From IMG/VR virus record IMGVR_UViG_3300001460_000019, positions 1 to 64,000 of that record: DNA of 64,000 nucleotides, one strand, 5' to 3'. This stretch comes from an uncultured virus (IMG/VR IMGVR_UViG_3300001460_000019). Its lineage: Duplodnaviria; Heunggongvirae; Uroviricota; Caudoviricetes. The notes under the pieces are model-generated. The model did no database searches and was not told where the DNA came from. It was given only the letters and a program-made list of their open reading frames with translations. Of this stretch, positions 1 to 9,820 are shown piece by piece. The stretch's first letter is position 1; every line of letters starts with the position of its first letter. Position numbers and translations under genes: made by a program.

Positions 1-16
1 AATGGGAGGCTAATAG

Positions 17-2002
17 ATGGCCTACAAAACTAACTTTATTGACGTAAACAAACCAGCAAAAGTTTTAAGTCTTAACATAACAAACATTGCCAATGATACA
101 CAGTGGCCACACAATGATGGACAAGGTGATAAATGGTATTCAGGCGGTAGTAACCCAAAATATTATAGATGGACAGTAACAGCAACAGTTACAGCACAAG
201 ACCACGGATCTCACTTAACAAGAAAAGATTTTCAATACAATGGTTTAGATGTCCAAGTAGGTGATTGGATATCTGGTGCAACAACTGGTGTGTGCTGTAG
301 AATTGTTTCTATAACATCCAAAACAACAACTTCTGTAGTTTGTGTAGTAGAAGATTGGTTGAGATACAATACGTTTAGATCGCCATCAGGTTCTGGTGTA
401 TTTGCAGTAGGGTCAGCAGTGTGTTTTCAATTAAATGAAAACGGACACCCAATGATAGATCCAGTACCGGCTTCAATTACATCACAAACATTTTATCAAA
501 ACATTAACTCAAGATTTCAATATTTAAACCCACAGATGCACTATGTATTAGATCAAGCATCACATGGTTTTAGTTCAGGCGATGTTATATCAATCACAGG
601 TTCAGGATTTGCTAAGACAACGTCATCAACAGCGGCAAAAACAATTGGCACAGTAACCAACCCAGGACCAGGTCCAAATCAATTTATGTTAAGACCAAAC
701 ACAAGAATTATTGATTTCAATCCTGCAATACCTGGATCAGTTGGAGATTTTCTTTACACAGATAATTCAACAGCAGGTGGTTTAACAACTACTTCAACAT
801 CAGGCAAAATACAGTTTTTAAAGATAGCAGATTCTATTGCATCATCAGTAACAGGTACAGTGGTAGATCCAACAGTAACAGCGAATGACGTACTAGAAAT
901 TAATGAAACAGCAGTCACACTAACAAGCACAACACTGACACAGACAATAGCAGACATCAATGGCAGTACATCAACGCATGGGGTAACAGCATCAAGTTCA
1001 CCTTCTCCGTCAACGGCAACTACATCAACAGAAAGTCTAGCATACGGACTAGTTGGTATATATCCAGGTGGTGTTATTACAATTAACGGAACGTCAGTAA
1101 CATTCTCAACTACAACAGCAGGTCAAGCCGCTTATGGTATTGCAGTTGGTATTGGTGCAGACATTGTAGCAGACGTTAATGCGGCAAGTCCTACAAATAT
1201 TACAGCATCATTAAACGGATCAAACGTTGTATTAACAAACTCAACAGGTGGTACAATTACTATTGTAAACGTAACTGTTGACGGTAACGGTTCAAATGTT
1301 GCTGGACCAAGTTCAGGATCAGGTTGGGCATTATCAACTAGTGCATCATCAGGTAACTATATAAAATTAACAAGAGCAGATGGTGGAGAAATATTATTAG
1401 ATGAAACAACTGGTACACCATTAGCATCATTAGGTGTATACTCTGTACACAATGGAAGACATCCATTAGCAGTAACAGTAGAACAAGGTATTGTTGCAGG
1501 TGGCGGTGGCGGTGGTACTACTGTGGTTGCAGACATCACGGCAAGAAATGCTCTATCAGCCACAACTGGTGATACTGTTTATGTTATTAACTCAGGCAAC
1601 GGTGAGTATGCATTCTTTGTTTACAATGGTAGTGCATGGAACTTATTAGCAGACGAAGATTCTGCAAACACAGATGCAAATACACTATCAGCAACAATTA
1701 CACAAGGTGGCGGTTCAGGTACAACCGCAGTTGGCACAGTTTCCGATGGTTCAAGAATTACACTTGTATCTATAGAAGTTACAGTAGCATTTGATGATGC
1801 TAATGCAACACTAACTGTAGGTGATACAGGTGATGCCGATAGACTTGTAACTAATGACGAAATAGATTTAACGTCAACAGGTACCTATGCTATACAGCCA
1901 GCATACCAATATACTACCGGTTCTGACGCTACTATTAATGCTTACTTGAACATTGCCTCTGCTACAACAGGAACGGCTAAAGTTTTAGTAAGTTACATGT
2001 AG
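17..2002 (+). CDS. virion structural protein (tail/baseplate or fibre-associated), Thr/Ser/Gly-rich
   Basis: 661 aa, T/S/G-rich beta-type sequence, GGAGG RBS at 5-9; C-terminal ~100 aa resembles the C-terminus of 56398..59805. Confidence 0.7.
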   Translation: MAYKTNFIDVNKPAKVLSLNITNIANDTQWPHNDGQGDKWYSGGSNPKYYRWTVTATVTAQDHGSHLTRKDFQYNGLDVQVGDWISGATTGVCCRIVSITSKTTTSVVCVVEDWLRYNTFRSPSGSGVFAVGSAVCFQLNENGHPMIDPVPASITSQTFYQNINSRFQYLNPQMHYVLDQASHGFSSGDVISITGSGFAKTTSSTAAKTIGTVTNPGPGPNQFMLRPNTRIIDFNPAIPGSVGDFLYTDNSTAGGLTTTSTSGKIQFLKIADSIASSVTGTVVDPTVTANDVLEINETAVTLTSTTLTQTIADINGSTSTHGVTASSSPSPSTATTSTESLAYGLVGIYPGGVITINGTSVTFSTTTAGQAAYGIAVGIGADIVADVNAASPTNITASLNGSNVVLTNSTGGTITIVNVTVDGNGSNVAGPSSGSGWALSTSASSGNYIKLTRADGGEILLDETTGTPLASLGVYSVHNGRHPLAVTVEQGIVAGGGGGGTTVVADITARNALSATTGDTVYVINSGNGEYAFFVYNGSAWNLLADEDSANTDANTLSATITQGGGSGTTAVGTVSDGSRITLVSIEVTVAFDDANATLTVGDTGDADRLVTNDEIDLTSTGTYAIQPAYQYTTGSDATINAYLNIASATTGTAKVLVSYM

Positions 2003-2047
2003 ATTTTACTTAAACTGAGATAAATATATGTATATAACGGAGCAATT

Positions 2048-2353
2048 ATGAGTAGACCAAAACCAGATATATTGTTAGAATTCACTAACCCTAAAAACTA
2101 TAAGAGCGAACAAGTTCTTAAAGCAGAAGCCATCTATGCAGTTTTCTACAAAGATGCTCCAGTGAACCTTAGGTCTTTGAATACGTTAGTAAACTATCCA
2201 GGACCAAAATACAAAAAAGTATCATTTTCAAATTCGGGACACGCAATTAATTTAGCAGAAAAATTAAATGCACTTTTCAAAACCAATGACTTTTCAGTGC
2301 ATGTTTTAACAGCTGGAAAGAAATTGGATGTCAAGCCGTATCAATCACAATAA
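2048..2353 (+). CDS. conserved phage hypothetical protein
   Basis: 101 aa ORF, GGAG RBS, TAAATA motif at ~2021. Confidence 0.75.
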   Translation: MSRPKPDILLEFTNPKNYKSEQVLKAEAIYAVFYKDAPVNLRSLNTLVNYPGPKYKKVSFSNSGHAINLAEKLNALFKTNDFSVHVLTAGKKLDVKPYQSQ

Positions 2354-2708
2354 ACGCATTGTTGTCGATTATGTCAAATCTAAAGGCATAACAGAAGCAC
2401 AGATACTTAACATGTTTGTAAGTAGGTTAAGTGATTATTCTCTACGGTTAACTAAAATTGGTGTACAGATAGTAGAACAATACTTTCCTTCATACATAAT
2501 AAAAACAAAACAGCCATTTAGTGTAAAAGCAATCCATATCCATAATCTTGAGAAGGAGATGCTTCTTCCTTATTATATAGATAATAAGAAAATTGTTGTA
2601 TTCAATGAAAAAGATGCAGTAGACCTCAAGTTAATTGATGGAGATGTTGAACTTTGGTCAAGAAATTGTACTGTAAACAACCAAGATTATTCACCAGATT
2701 TTGAATAA
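2328..2708 (+). CDS. hypothetical protein
   Basis: 126 aa ORF overlapping the upstream gene. Confidence 0.65.
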   Translation: MSSRINHNKRIVVDYVKSKGITEAQILNMFVSRLSDYSLRLTKIGVQIVEQYFPSYIIKTKQPFSVKAIHIHNLEKEMLLPYYIDNKKIVVFNEKDAVDLKLIDGDVELWSRNCTVNNQDYSPDFE

Positions 2709-2725
2709 ATTTTAACTTTTTTTTT

Positions 2726-2804
2726 AAACCGTTGATATTATTGGATTTTTTTATCCAATAATATGCATTTTTCTGGTTGACAGATACCTATACGATGCTA
2801 TTAT
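2726..2804 (+). promoter_or_regulatory. early sigma70-like promoter with conserved upstream element
   Basis: TTGACA (2777) -N16- TATTAT with TG extended -10; near-identical copy at 6979-7047. Confidence 0.8.
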
Positions 2805-2838
2805 ATACTTAATAAACATTTAAACAGAGAGAGAAAAA

Positions 2839-3930
2839 ATGGTAAAAACAACAACTACAGACACTAGAACAGTAAGACCCGGTGACGTAATGACAGAGGT
2901 TCTTGCTTGTATTAAAAAACAAAGACCAGTTATGCTATGGGGTCCTCCAGGCATTGGTAAATCAGAAATTATTGATCAAATTGGTAAGAACACTAATAGA
3001 AGTGTAATCGATCTTAGATTGCTTCTTCTAGAACCAACTGACTTACGTGGTATTCCATATTTTAATTCTAAAGAAAATAAAATGGATTGGGCACCACCAG
3101 TTGATCTTCCAAGTGATCCAAAAGCAACAGACATCTTGTTCTTAGATGAAATTAATGCGGCACCACAAAGTGTACAGGCGGCGGCGTATCAGTTAATTCT
3201 TAATAGAAGAATTGGTACTTATAAATTGCCGGAAGGAGTATCAATTGTGGCGGCTGGTAACAGAGAAAGTGATAGAGGTGTTACTTATAGAATGCCTAGT
3301 CCACTTGCTAATAGAATGTTGCATATTGAAATGGCAGTTAACTTCGAAGACTGGCAAGATTGGGCAACCAAACATGACATCCATGCAGATGTAGTTGGTT
3401 ACTTAACATTTGCTAAAAATGATTTGTATGACTTTGATCCAAGAAGTTCATCAAGAGCATTTGCTACACCAAGAAGTTGGTCATTTGTAAGTGATATGCT
3501 TGAAGATAATGACTTACAAGGTTCACAACTTACAGATATTATTGCTGGTGCAGTAGGAGAAGGTCTTGCAGTTAAATTTAATGCTCACAGAGAAGTGGCA
3601 GGTAAGTTACCTAATCCAACTGATATTTTAAATGGTAAAGTTAAAAGTCTTGATACAAAAGAAGTAAGTGCAATGTATTCATTAATTACTTCATTGTGTT
3701 ATGAATTAAAAGACGAATGTGAAAAGGCACAAAAAAATAAAAAAATGTCGCCTTGGCACAAAATGGCAGATTGTTTCTTACAATATATGATGGACAATTT
3801 TGAAACTGAAATGGTAGTACTTGGTGCCAGAATTGCACTTAAGAATCACCAACTACCGTTTTCCCCTAAAGAGCTAAAGAGCTTTAAGGAGTTTTATAAG
3901 AGATACGGCAAACTAATCGTAGACGTTTAG
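2839..3930 (+). CDS. MoxR-like AAA+ ATPase
   Basis: Walker A GPPGIGKS, Walker B ILFLDE, sensor AAGN, PLANR arginine finger. Confidence 0.9.
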   Translation: MVKTTTTDTRTVRPGDVMTEVLACIKKQRPVMLWGPPGIGKSEIIDQIGKNTNRSVIDLRLLLLEPTDLRGIPYFNSKENKMDWAPPVDLPSDPKATDILFLDEINAAPQSVQAAAYQLILNRRIGTYKLPEGVSIVAAGNRESDRGVTYRMPSPLANRMLHIEMAVNFEDWQDWATKHDIHADVVGYLTFAKNDLYDFDPRSSSRAFATPRSWSFVSDMLEDNDLQGSQLTDIIAGAVGEGLAVKFNAHREVAGKLPNPTDILNGKVKSLDTKEVSAMYSLITSLCYELKDECEKAQKNKKMSPWHKMADCFLQYMMDNFETEMVVLGARIALKNHQLPFSPKELKSFKEFYKRYGKLIVDV

Positions 3931-3940
3931 AACGCCGTTA

Positions 3941-3989
3941 GGGGAACTAGATCTGCCTCTCTCTGCTCTTAAAAGTAGATCGGTTCCCC
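3941..3989 (+). terminator. stem-loop after the AAA gene (terminator or regulatory hairpin)
   Basis: GGGGAAC.AGATCTGC / GTAGATC.GTTCCCC stem with an 18 nt loop. Confidence 0.55.
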
Positions 3990-4011
3990 GTACTAACTGA
4001 TAAGTACTATT

Positions 4012-4494
4012 ATGCAAAACAAAATTTTTATATTTAAATTAACAAGTTTAAAAAACCCAGAAGTAAAATGGGAAAGTGTTGAACATTTTTTATATACTCA
4101 AGAAGATAGACAAATTACTAAAAGTGAAAAAGAAATTTTAGCTAAAACTGACTATTATAAAAAATATATAGATAGCAATGCATTTATTTTTAATATAATG
4201 CATAACAATGAATTATATAAGATACAATGTTATACACAAGAATTACACGACATTGGTTTAAAATCATATTTTTTAGAACATGAAAAAAAAGGTATATGGA
4301 AATATACTGAATTGTTCAGTACAGAAATAGATCCTGTTGTTGCTACGGCATTAAGAAAAGCAGAAAAGTATTATAGAATTACTGTTAGTAAGTTAATGAA
4401 GAATAAATCAAAACAAACAGGAGTATCAGGTTCATCATTCGCTAATAACCTAAGGAAAGAAGAAAGTAAGGTAAAAAATGATCATAACAACTAA
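4012..4494 (+). CDS. hypothetical protein
   Basis: 160 aa ORF; TAAGTA motif 5 nt before the ATG. Confidence 0.6.
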   Translation: MQNKIFIFKLTSLKNPEVKWESVEHFLYTQEDRQITKSEKEILAKTDYYKKYIDSNAFIFNIMHNNELYKIQCYTQELHDIGLKSYFLEHEKKGIWKYTELFSTEIDPVVATALRKAEKYYRITVSKLMKNKSKQTGVSGSSFANNLRKEESKVKNDHNN

Positions 4495-4663
4495 ACAAGA
4501 TTTAGAAAAAATGTACAATAGACTGTTAAGTAATTGCGATAAGGCAATTGAAAATTCAGCTAAAGGTTCATGGGCATTTAATTTTTGGACATCTAAAAAA
4601 GAACAGTTATTTGAAAACATGAGTCATTTAGGAATACTAAAGAATAGTAGGACTATACATTAA
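4478..4663 (+). CDS. hypothetical protein
   Basis: 61 aa ORF, AAGG RBS. Confidence 0.55.
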   Translation: MIITTKQDLEKMYNRLLSNCDKAIENSAKGSWAFNFWTSKKEQLFENMSHLGILKNSRTIH

Positions 4664-4664
4664 G

Positions 4665-4910
4665 ATGGCAGTAACACCAGCATATAAAAACGATATAGGC
4701 GTTAAGACAATAAAGATTGGAGTCAAAGGGTTTGTATGCATTGGAGCAACACCACCAGATGATCATCCTCACGTATATTTGACTATGGGAAATTTAGATT
4801 ATAAGGTTTGTTTATATTGTAACACAAGGTATGAATATGATTCTACATTGTCTCCGGAATATACACAACCACCAGAGTGCTTTCATGATACAACGGATAA
4901 ACACATATAA
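4665..4910 (+). CDS. zf-CHCC zinc-finger protein
   Basis: C..G....DHPHVYL...CLYC pattern, typical of alphaproteobacterial zf-CHCC proteins. Confidence 0.75.
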   Translation: MAVTPAYKNDIGVKTIKIGVKGFVCIGATPPDDHPHVYLTMGNLDYKVCLYCNTRYEYDSTLSPEYTQPPECFHDTTDKHI

Positions 4911-5908
4911 TGATAGAAGCTGATATTAAAAAATATGAATTAGAAATTAGTGCTAATTGTAATGCACAATGCCCGTTATGTGCTAGAACAGAAATGGGAA
5001 TGTCATTAAGAGGAAATTCAGAAATATCATTAAAAAATATCATGCATCTTTTTCAAACAGAAAAGTCAGTTAAAAATAAAGAATTTAAATTATGTGGAGT
5101 ATTAGGAGATCCAATTGTTCACCCACAATGTTTAGAAATATCGCAATGGTTGGGTGAAAAAGGTGGTAATGTTATTATTAGTACCAATGGAGGATATAAC
5201 AATCCTGAATGGTGGAGTAAACTTGCTAAAGTTAAAAATTTAAAAGTTGATTTTAGTGTTGATGGATTTGAAGACACAAATCATATATACCGAGTAAATG
5301 TTAAATGGGATATCCTTGTAAGAAATATGAAAGCATTTTCACAAGCTGGAGGAAATGGAGCATGGGTGTTTATTCCGTTTGCTCATAACGAACATGAATA
5401 TGAAAAAGCAAAACAGTTAGCAAACGAATTTGGTTTTAGATTTATTAAAAGAACAAGTGGACGTAATGTTCTAGCAAAAAAAGTTCATAAAACTAAAAAA
5501 ATGACTAAGGAAATACAATTAACTACATCAACAAAATTACCACATAACGATTTATCAAAATTACAAAAAGTAATAAAAGAAAAAAGTGTAAAAACAATAA
5601 ATGATATTGTAAAAACAATTACATGCCAGCATTATGATGAACCAGAAGTTTATATAGGTGCAGATATGACTATGTGGCCTTGTTGTTATTTGTATGATCA
5701 ATCTAAAAAATCATATAAAGATGTAGTAATGTCAAATGATAAAGACTTTAATAATCTTACAAAAAATACAATTAGTGAAATATTACAGAATAATTTTTAT
5801 ACATCTTTAAGAGAAAGATGGTATGCATCACATGATAATCATCTACCAAGATGTATTAAAAGCTGTGCATTAAAAGGAGTATACAAAAATAAGAAAGAAT
5901 ATGCTTGA
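4910..5908 (+). CDS. radical SAM protein with C-terminal SPASM/twitch-like domain
   Basis: CNAQCPLC, STNGG, SVDG; C-terminal WPCC...CIKSC. Confidence 0.9.
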   Translation: MIEADIKKYELEISANCNAQCPLCARTEMGMSLRGNSEISLKNIMHLFQTEKSVKNKEFKLCGVLGDPIVHPQCLEISQWLGEKGGNVIISTNGGYNNPEWWSKLAKVKNLKVDFSVDGFEDTNHIYRVNVKWDILVRNMKAFSQAGGNGAWVFIPFAHNEHEYEKAKQLANEFGFRFIKRTSGRNVLAKKVHKTKKMTKEIQLTTSTKLPHNDLSKLQKVIKEKSVKTINDIVKTITCQHYDEPEVYIGADMTMWPCCYLYDQSKKSYKDVVMSNDKDFNNLTKNTISEILQNNFYTSLRERWYASHDNHLPRCIKSCALKGVYKNKKEYA

Positions 5909-6281
5909 AATAAAAAAAGAAGATATAAAAGAATACAAAGTTAATAAAAAAAGTCGTAAGAAACGTCCTTTAAAATCAAATGAATTTCTAAAAGAACTAG
6001 CACAACAAGTATATCGTGGAGAAGTGTTTACTAGTTTTCAAATACAAAATCCTCAAGACATAGCTTCAGTGTTCATGCCACTAATGTTGATGTCACCAGA
6101 TATGGGTCAAGGTATGCATCAGGATAGACCATGCATGTTTTATTCTTACATGAAAGATCAGTTTCCAACTGGTATAAATGGATATCCGTGCTTTGGATCT
6201 GTAGCATATCTAAACAGCAAAGAAGCAGAAATATTTGACGACTACTACAAAAAGATAGAGAAAGCAATCAATGAAGTCTAG
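5901..6281 (+). CDS. hypothetical protein
   Basis: 126 aa ORF translationally coupled to neighbours. Confidence 0.65.
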   Translation: MLEIKKEDIKEYKVNKKSRKKRPLKSNEFLKELAQQVYRGEVFTSFQIQNPQDIASVFMPLMLMSPDMGQGMHQDRPCMFYSYMKDQFPTGINGYPCFGSVAYLNSKEAEIFDDYYKKIEKAINEV

Positions 6282-6501
6282 AAAACTAACACAAAAAGAA
6301 TTCATGAATTACAAAGGTGAATATCATGTTATTGATCTTCCTTTATTAGATAATAATATACAGGAAGAACTTAAAAAAACTGTTAGGCGACATGCTACAG
6401 GTTGGTATTACATAGCAGGTGGCAGTTATTTTGCATTTAAAAAGGCCAAGGACAAAGATATTGTTAAAGGTTTTTTAGCATGGGAGAAAATAGCATCATG
6501 A
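6271..6501 (+). CDS. hypothetical protein
   Basis: 76 aa coupled ORF. Confidence 0.55.
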   Translation: MKSRKLTQKEFMNYKGEYHVIDLPLLDNNIQEELKKTVRRHATGWYYIAGGSYFAFKKAKDKDIVKGFLAWEKIAS

Positions 6502-6680
6502 GTGATGTGTATTACAAGGTAATCGTGACAAGAGGAGAATTGTCTTCTACCCATTATTGGTGGGAAAGAACGTATGCCAATTTAATGGAATCGGTTGACA
6601 TATTATACAAATGTGCTAAAATGGATGCAGTAGTATTAGAAATGATAACAAAGAAAGAATATGACAATAGAACCAATTAA
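6480..6680 (+). CDS. hypothetical protein (start probably 6498)
   Basis: ORF in co-directional run; GGAG upstream of the ATG at 6498. Confidence 0.5.
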   Translation: MGENSIMSDVYYKVIVTRGELSSTHYWWERTYANLMESVDILYKCAKMDAVVLEMITKKEYDNRTN

Positions 6681-6978
6681 AGAAAAACTTGACGATAAGA
6701 TCAAACTATTAAACTCATCTAGGGTGTTTAAAAAAGTTACTCCCAAAGGCGACTTGTCTTGGTATGTCAAATGGGTATCAGTTGTTCTTATCTTAATTGC
6801 TACAGTGGCAAGAAGTGTTGGAACGATTCCACATATTGATATGTGGTTTGGATTATTTGGAACACTAGGCTGGGCATGGGTTGGATATCTTTGGCATGAT
6901 AGAGCATTATTAGTTTTAAATGTTATTTTAGTGACATTATTAGTACTAGGTCTAGCAAATTATTATTTTAGTTCGTAA
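6661..6978 (+). CDS. small membrane protein (DUF6552-like)
   Basis: KVTPKGDLSWYVKW followed by three hydrophobic segments. Confidence 0.6.
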   Translation: MTIEPIKEKLDDKIKLLNSSRVFKKVTPKGDLSWYVKWVSVVLILIATVARSVGTIPHIDMWFGLFGTLGWAWVGYLWHDRALLVLNVILVTLLVLGLANYYFSS

Positions 6979-7047
6979 TAAACCATTGATTTTATTAGGT
7001 TTTTTTATGTAGATAATGGTTGACAGATCTCTATATCGTGCTATTAT
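6979..7047 (+). promoter_or_regulatory. early sigma70-like promoter (repeat of 2726-2804)
   Basis: TTGACA (7020) GATCTCTATATCGTGC TATTAT. Confidence 0.8.
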
Positions 7048-7074
7048 ATATACATAATAAGGAGAGAGAAACAA

Positions 7075-8298
7075 ATGGCAACAAAAACTGCAATAAAGAA
7101 AAAGATTAATATTCAAGAAGATCACGAAATACGTGAAAGAATAGTTCAAAGTAGAGTACGTCTTTTATTAAAACATCCGTTCTTTGGTAATCTTGCAACA
7201 AGATTAAAACTTAAAAATGCTGATGATTGGTGTCCTACTGCGGCCACTGATGGAATGCATTTATTTTACAATAGAGAATTTATTTCGCCATTAAGTTCAG
7301 AAGAACTTGATTTCCTTATTGGGCATGAAGTAATGCATTGTGTATATGATCATATGGAACGTAGAGAAGGTAGACAACCTCAAATTTGGAATATGGCAAC
7401 AGACTATGTAATTAATGGTCAGTTAGTTCGTGAAGGGTTAGGCAAAATGCCTAAAGAAGGATTACATGATTCAAAGTATTACGATAAAAACTCAGATGAA
7501 ATATACACTGAACTAAAAAAGAATCAAGTTGAAATCAAAGTTACTCTTGATATGCACCTAGATGGCGAAGGTGATAAAGGTCAAGGACAAGGTAAAGATG
7601 GTGATGGCAAAGATGGCAAAGGCAAGATGCCTGCTATGTCTAAAGCAGATAAAGACAAGTTAAAAGATGAAATTAAAAATGCAGTATTACAGGCGGCACA
7701 GGCGGCTGGAGCAGGTAATGTACCTAAAGGTGTTGAACGTTTAATTAAAAATATGACTGAGCCTAAAATGGATTGGCGTTCTTTATTAGATCAACATATA
7801 ACATCAGTTGTAAAATCAGACTATTCATTTATGAGACCTTCACGTAAGGGTTGGACAGTAAATGCTATACTTCCTGGCTTACAACCAGAGCCAGCAGTTG
7901 ACGTATGTGTTGCTATTGATACATCAGGGTCAATTAGTGAAAAACAATTAAATATTTTCTTAGGTGAAGTAAAAGGTATTATGGATTCATTCCAAGATTA
8001 CAAAGTTCATGTATGGAGTTTTGATACAGAAGTTCATAATCCAGAAGTGTTTACACCAGATAGAGATATTACAGATTACAAGCCAGGTGGCTTTGGTGGT
8101 ACAGAATTTGAAGCTAATTGGTCTTGGATGAAAGAAGAAGGGGTACAACCTAAAAAGCTAATTGTATTCACAGATGGTTATCCTTGGGGATCTTGGGGTG
8201 ATGAAAATTATTGTGATACACTTTGGGTGATACATTCAAATCATGATAAAGACCTTGAAGCACCATTTGGAATAACAACACATTACGAAAATATATAA
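7075..8298 (+). CDS. metallopeptidase-like + VWA domain protein (DUF2201-like), MoxR partner
   Basis: TAATDG, HEVMH (HExxH), MIDAS IDTSGS, GGT.F, FTDG. Confidence 0.88.
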   Translation: MATKTAIKKKINIQEDHEIRERIVQSRVRLLLKHPFFGNLATRLKLKNADDWCPTAATDGMHLFYNREFISPLSSEELDFLIGHEVMHCVYDHMERREGRQPQIWNMATDYVINGQLVREGLGKMPKEGLHDSKYYDKNSDEIYTELKKNQVEIKVTLDMHLDGEGDKGQGQGKDGDGKDGKGKMPAMSKADKDKLKDEIKNAVLQAAQAAGAGNVPKGVERLIKNMTEPKMDWRSLLDQHITSVVKSDYSFMRPSRKGWTVNAILPGLQPEPAVDVCVAIDTSGSISEKQLNIFLGEVKGIMDSFQDYKVHVWSFDTEVHNPEVFTPDRDITDYKPGGFGGTEFEANWSWMKEEGVQPKKLIVFTDGYPWGSWGDENYCDTLWVIHSNHDKDLEAPFGITTHYENI

Positions 8299-8426
8299 TG
8301 TTTTGGTTTTTATTTTTCCTTGCAATCTTCCTTTGGGCTTTTGGAATTAAAGGTACAGTTAAAATTGCTTTGATTACAGGGATATGTTGGTTTGGACTTT
8401 TATCTCTATTAGTTATTTTTAGTTAA
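8298..8426 (+). CDS. small hydrophobic protein (42 aa, not in ORF track)
   Basis: MFWFLFFLAIFLWAFGIKG...; ATG overlaps the VWA stop codon. Confidence 0.45.
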   Translation: MFWFLFFLAIFLWAFGIKGTVKIALITGICWFGLLSLLVIFS

Positions 8427-8621
8427 CCTATCATCTAGGTGTTCATTAATTTTCTTAACCATTTTACTACTTGAATTAGTAAAAATAAAAGGAACAAAAG
8501 CATGTACAAGAGTCATAAACGACAACCATAAAAATTTTATACTATAAGACAAAGAATGACCCATATGGGTAATGTAGCTTTCATCGACACTATGTGGATG
8601 GTCGGTAAACGGATTCTTCAT
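8409..8621 (-). CDS. DUF6356-like small protein
   Basis: FTDHPHSVDESY..H pattern. Confidence 0.65.
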   Translation of the reverse strand: MKNPFTDHPHSVDESYITHMGHSLSYSIKFLWLSFMTLVHAFVPFIFTNSSSKMVKKINEHLDDRLTKNN

Positions 8622-8623
8622 GT

Positions 8624-9124
8624 TTACCTCTCGTAATTATAAGCAGACTTATATGCTCTACATTTAACAGATTCATTTAGCATATTTTTAATAGTCAATG
8701 TTACTTTATCTGGATCGTTAATTGATCCTGCAACTGTAAATATAATTGATTGCGTTGTTTGTGATTGATTTCTTGCTTTTTGATTTTGTAAACCTTGTAA
8801 TGGCATACCAAATTCTTCATGCAATTTTTGTATTGTTACAATAAGTTTGTTGCCAAATGTTTCTTCTTGTATAACAATATTATTAATTAAAGATCTTTGT
8901 TGATTTTTCCAATCTTCAGGAAAATTTAAATTTGAACCAACACCATAATTTATAGCAATAAACATAGCAAGGTTTTGATGTATTGATTGACATACTGAAT
9001 ACATTCTAAAGTCTCCAGCTAATGATTGATAATCTTTGTTATCTGCAAGATCTGGTTGCTCTGCTTTAGCAGATACACTTAAAAATGTAAATAACGCAAT
9101 GATTAAGAATAATAAACGTGCCAT
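8624..9124 (-). CDS. secreted/periplasmic hypothetical protein
   Basis: signal peptide MARLLFLIIALFTFLSVSAKA; TAAATA 5 nt before the ATG at 9124. Confidence 0.65.
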   Translation of the reverse strand: MARLLFLIIALFTFLSVSAKAEQPDLADNKDYQSLAGDFRMYSVCQSIHQNLAMFIAINYGVGSNLNFPEDWKNQQRSLINNIVIQEETFGNKLIVTIQKLHEEFGMPLQGLQNQKARNQSQTTQSIIFTVAGSINDPDKVTLTIKNMLNESVKCRAYKSAYNYER

Positions 9125-9208
9125 ATAAGTATTTAACCCCGGTTGACAAACCATAACATGATACTTTATATTAATAAGAATTAAAACTAAATATAAACAA
9201 ATATAACA

Positions 9209-9754
9209 ATGAGTGATACATTAATCTTAAATGCAGACGGATCTCCGTTAAGTTTATTGCCCATTAGTGCAGTAAATTGGCATCTCTCAATCAAATTCAT
9301 ATGGCTAGATAAATTTAAAGTTTTAGAACATTATGATGATTGGATAATTCACAGCCCTTCAACTGAAATGCACGTACCAAGTGTATTAATAGCAAAAGAA
9401 TATTTAAATTTAGCTAGGCATCCTAGATTTTCAAGAAACAATGTTTATCTAAGAGATTTGTTTACTTGCCAATATTGCGGATGTGAGTATGACGATAAAA
9501 ACTGGAAAGACCTTACATTAGATCATGTTGTACCAAGATCAGCAGGTGGACATTCGCATTGGGAAAACATAGTAACATCATGTATGACTTGTAATGTTGA
9601 AAAAGGCAGTCAAAATATTAGGCCAAAACAAATGCCTTATAGGCCAGATTATTGGGAACTAGCAGGAAAAAGATCGCAGTTTCCTTTGATAATTCCTCAT
9701 CATAGTTGGAAATCCTATTTAAAATGGGATGATAATTTAATTAAAGTCGCCTAA
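9209..9754 (+). CDS. HNH endonuclease
   Basis: RD.FTCQYCG...TLDHVVPRSAGG...WENIVTSCMTCN. Confidence 0.9.
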   Translation: MSDTLILNADGSPLSLLPISAVNWHLSIKFIWLDKFKVLEHYDDWIIHSPSTEMHVPSVLIAKEYLNLARHPRFSRNNVYLRDLFTCQYCGCEYDDKNWKDLTLDHVVPRSAGGHSHWENIVTSCMTCNVEKGSQNIRPKQMPYRPDYWELAGKRSQFPLIIPHHSWKSYLKWDDNLIKVA

Positions 9755-9820
9755 AAAAAAGGTTGACGATAAATATTAAAGTATACTATAATAAACAAAC
9801 TTAATATTAAGGAGAAGAAA

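Noticed and set aside
9209..9754. HNH gene as an intron-encoded or mobile homing element
   Set aside because: Free-standing with its own promoter-like region; flanking genes are not split and no intron structure is evident
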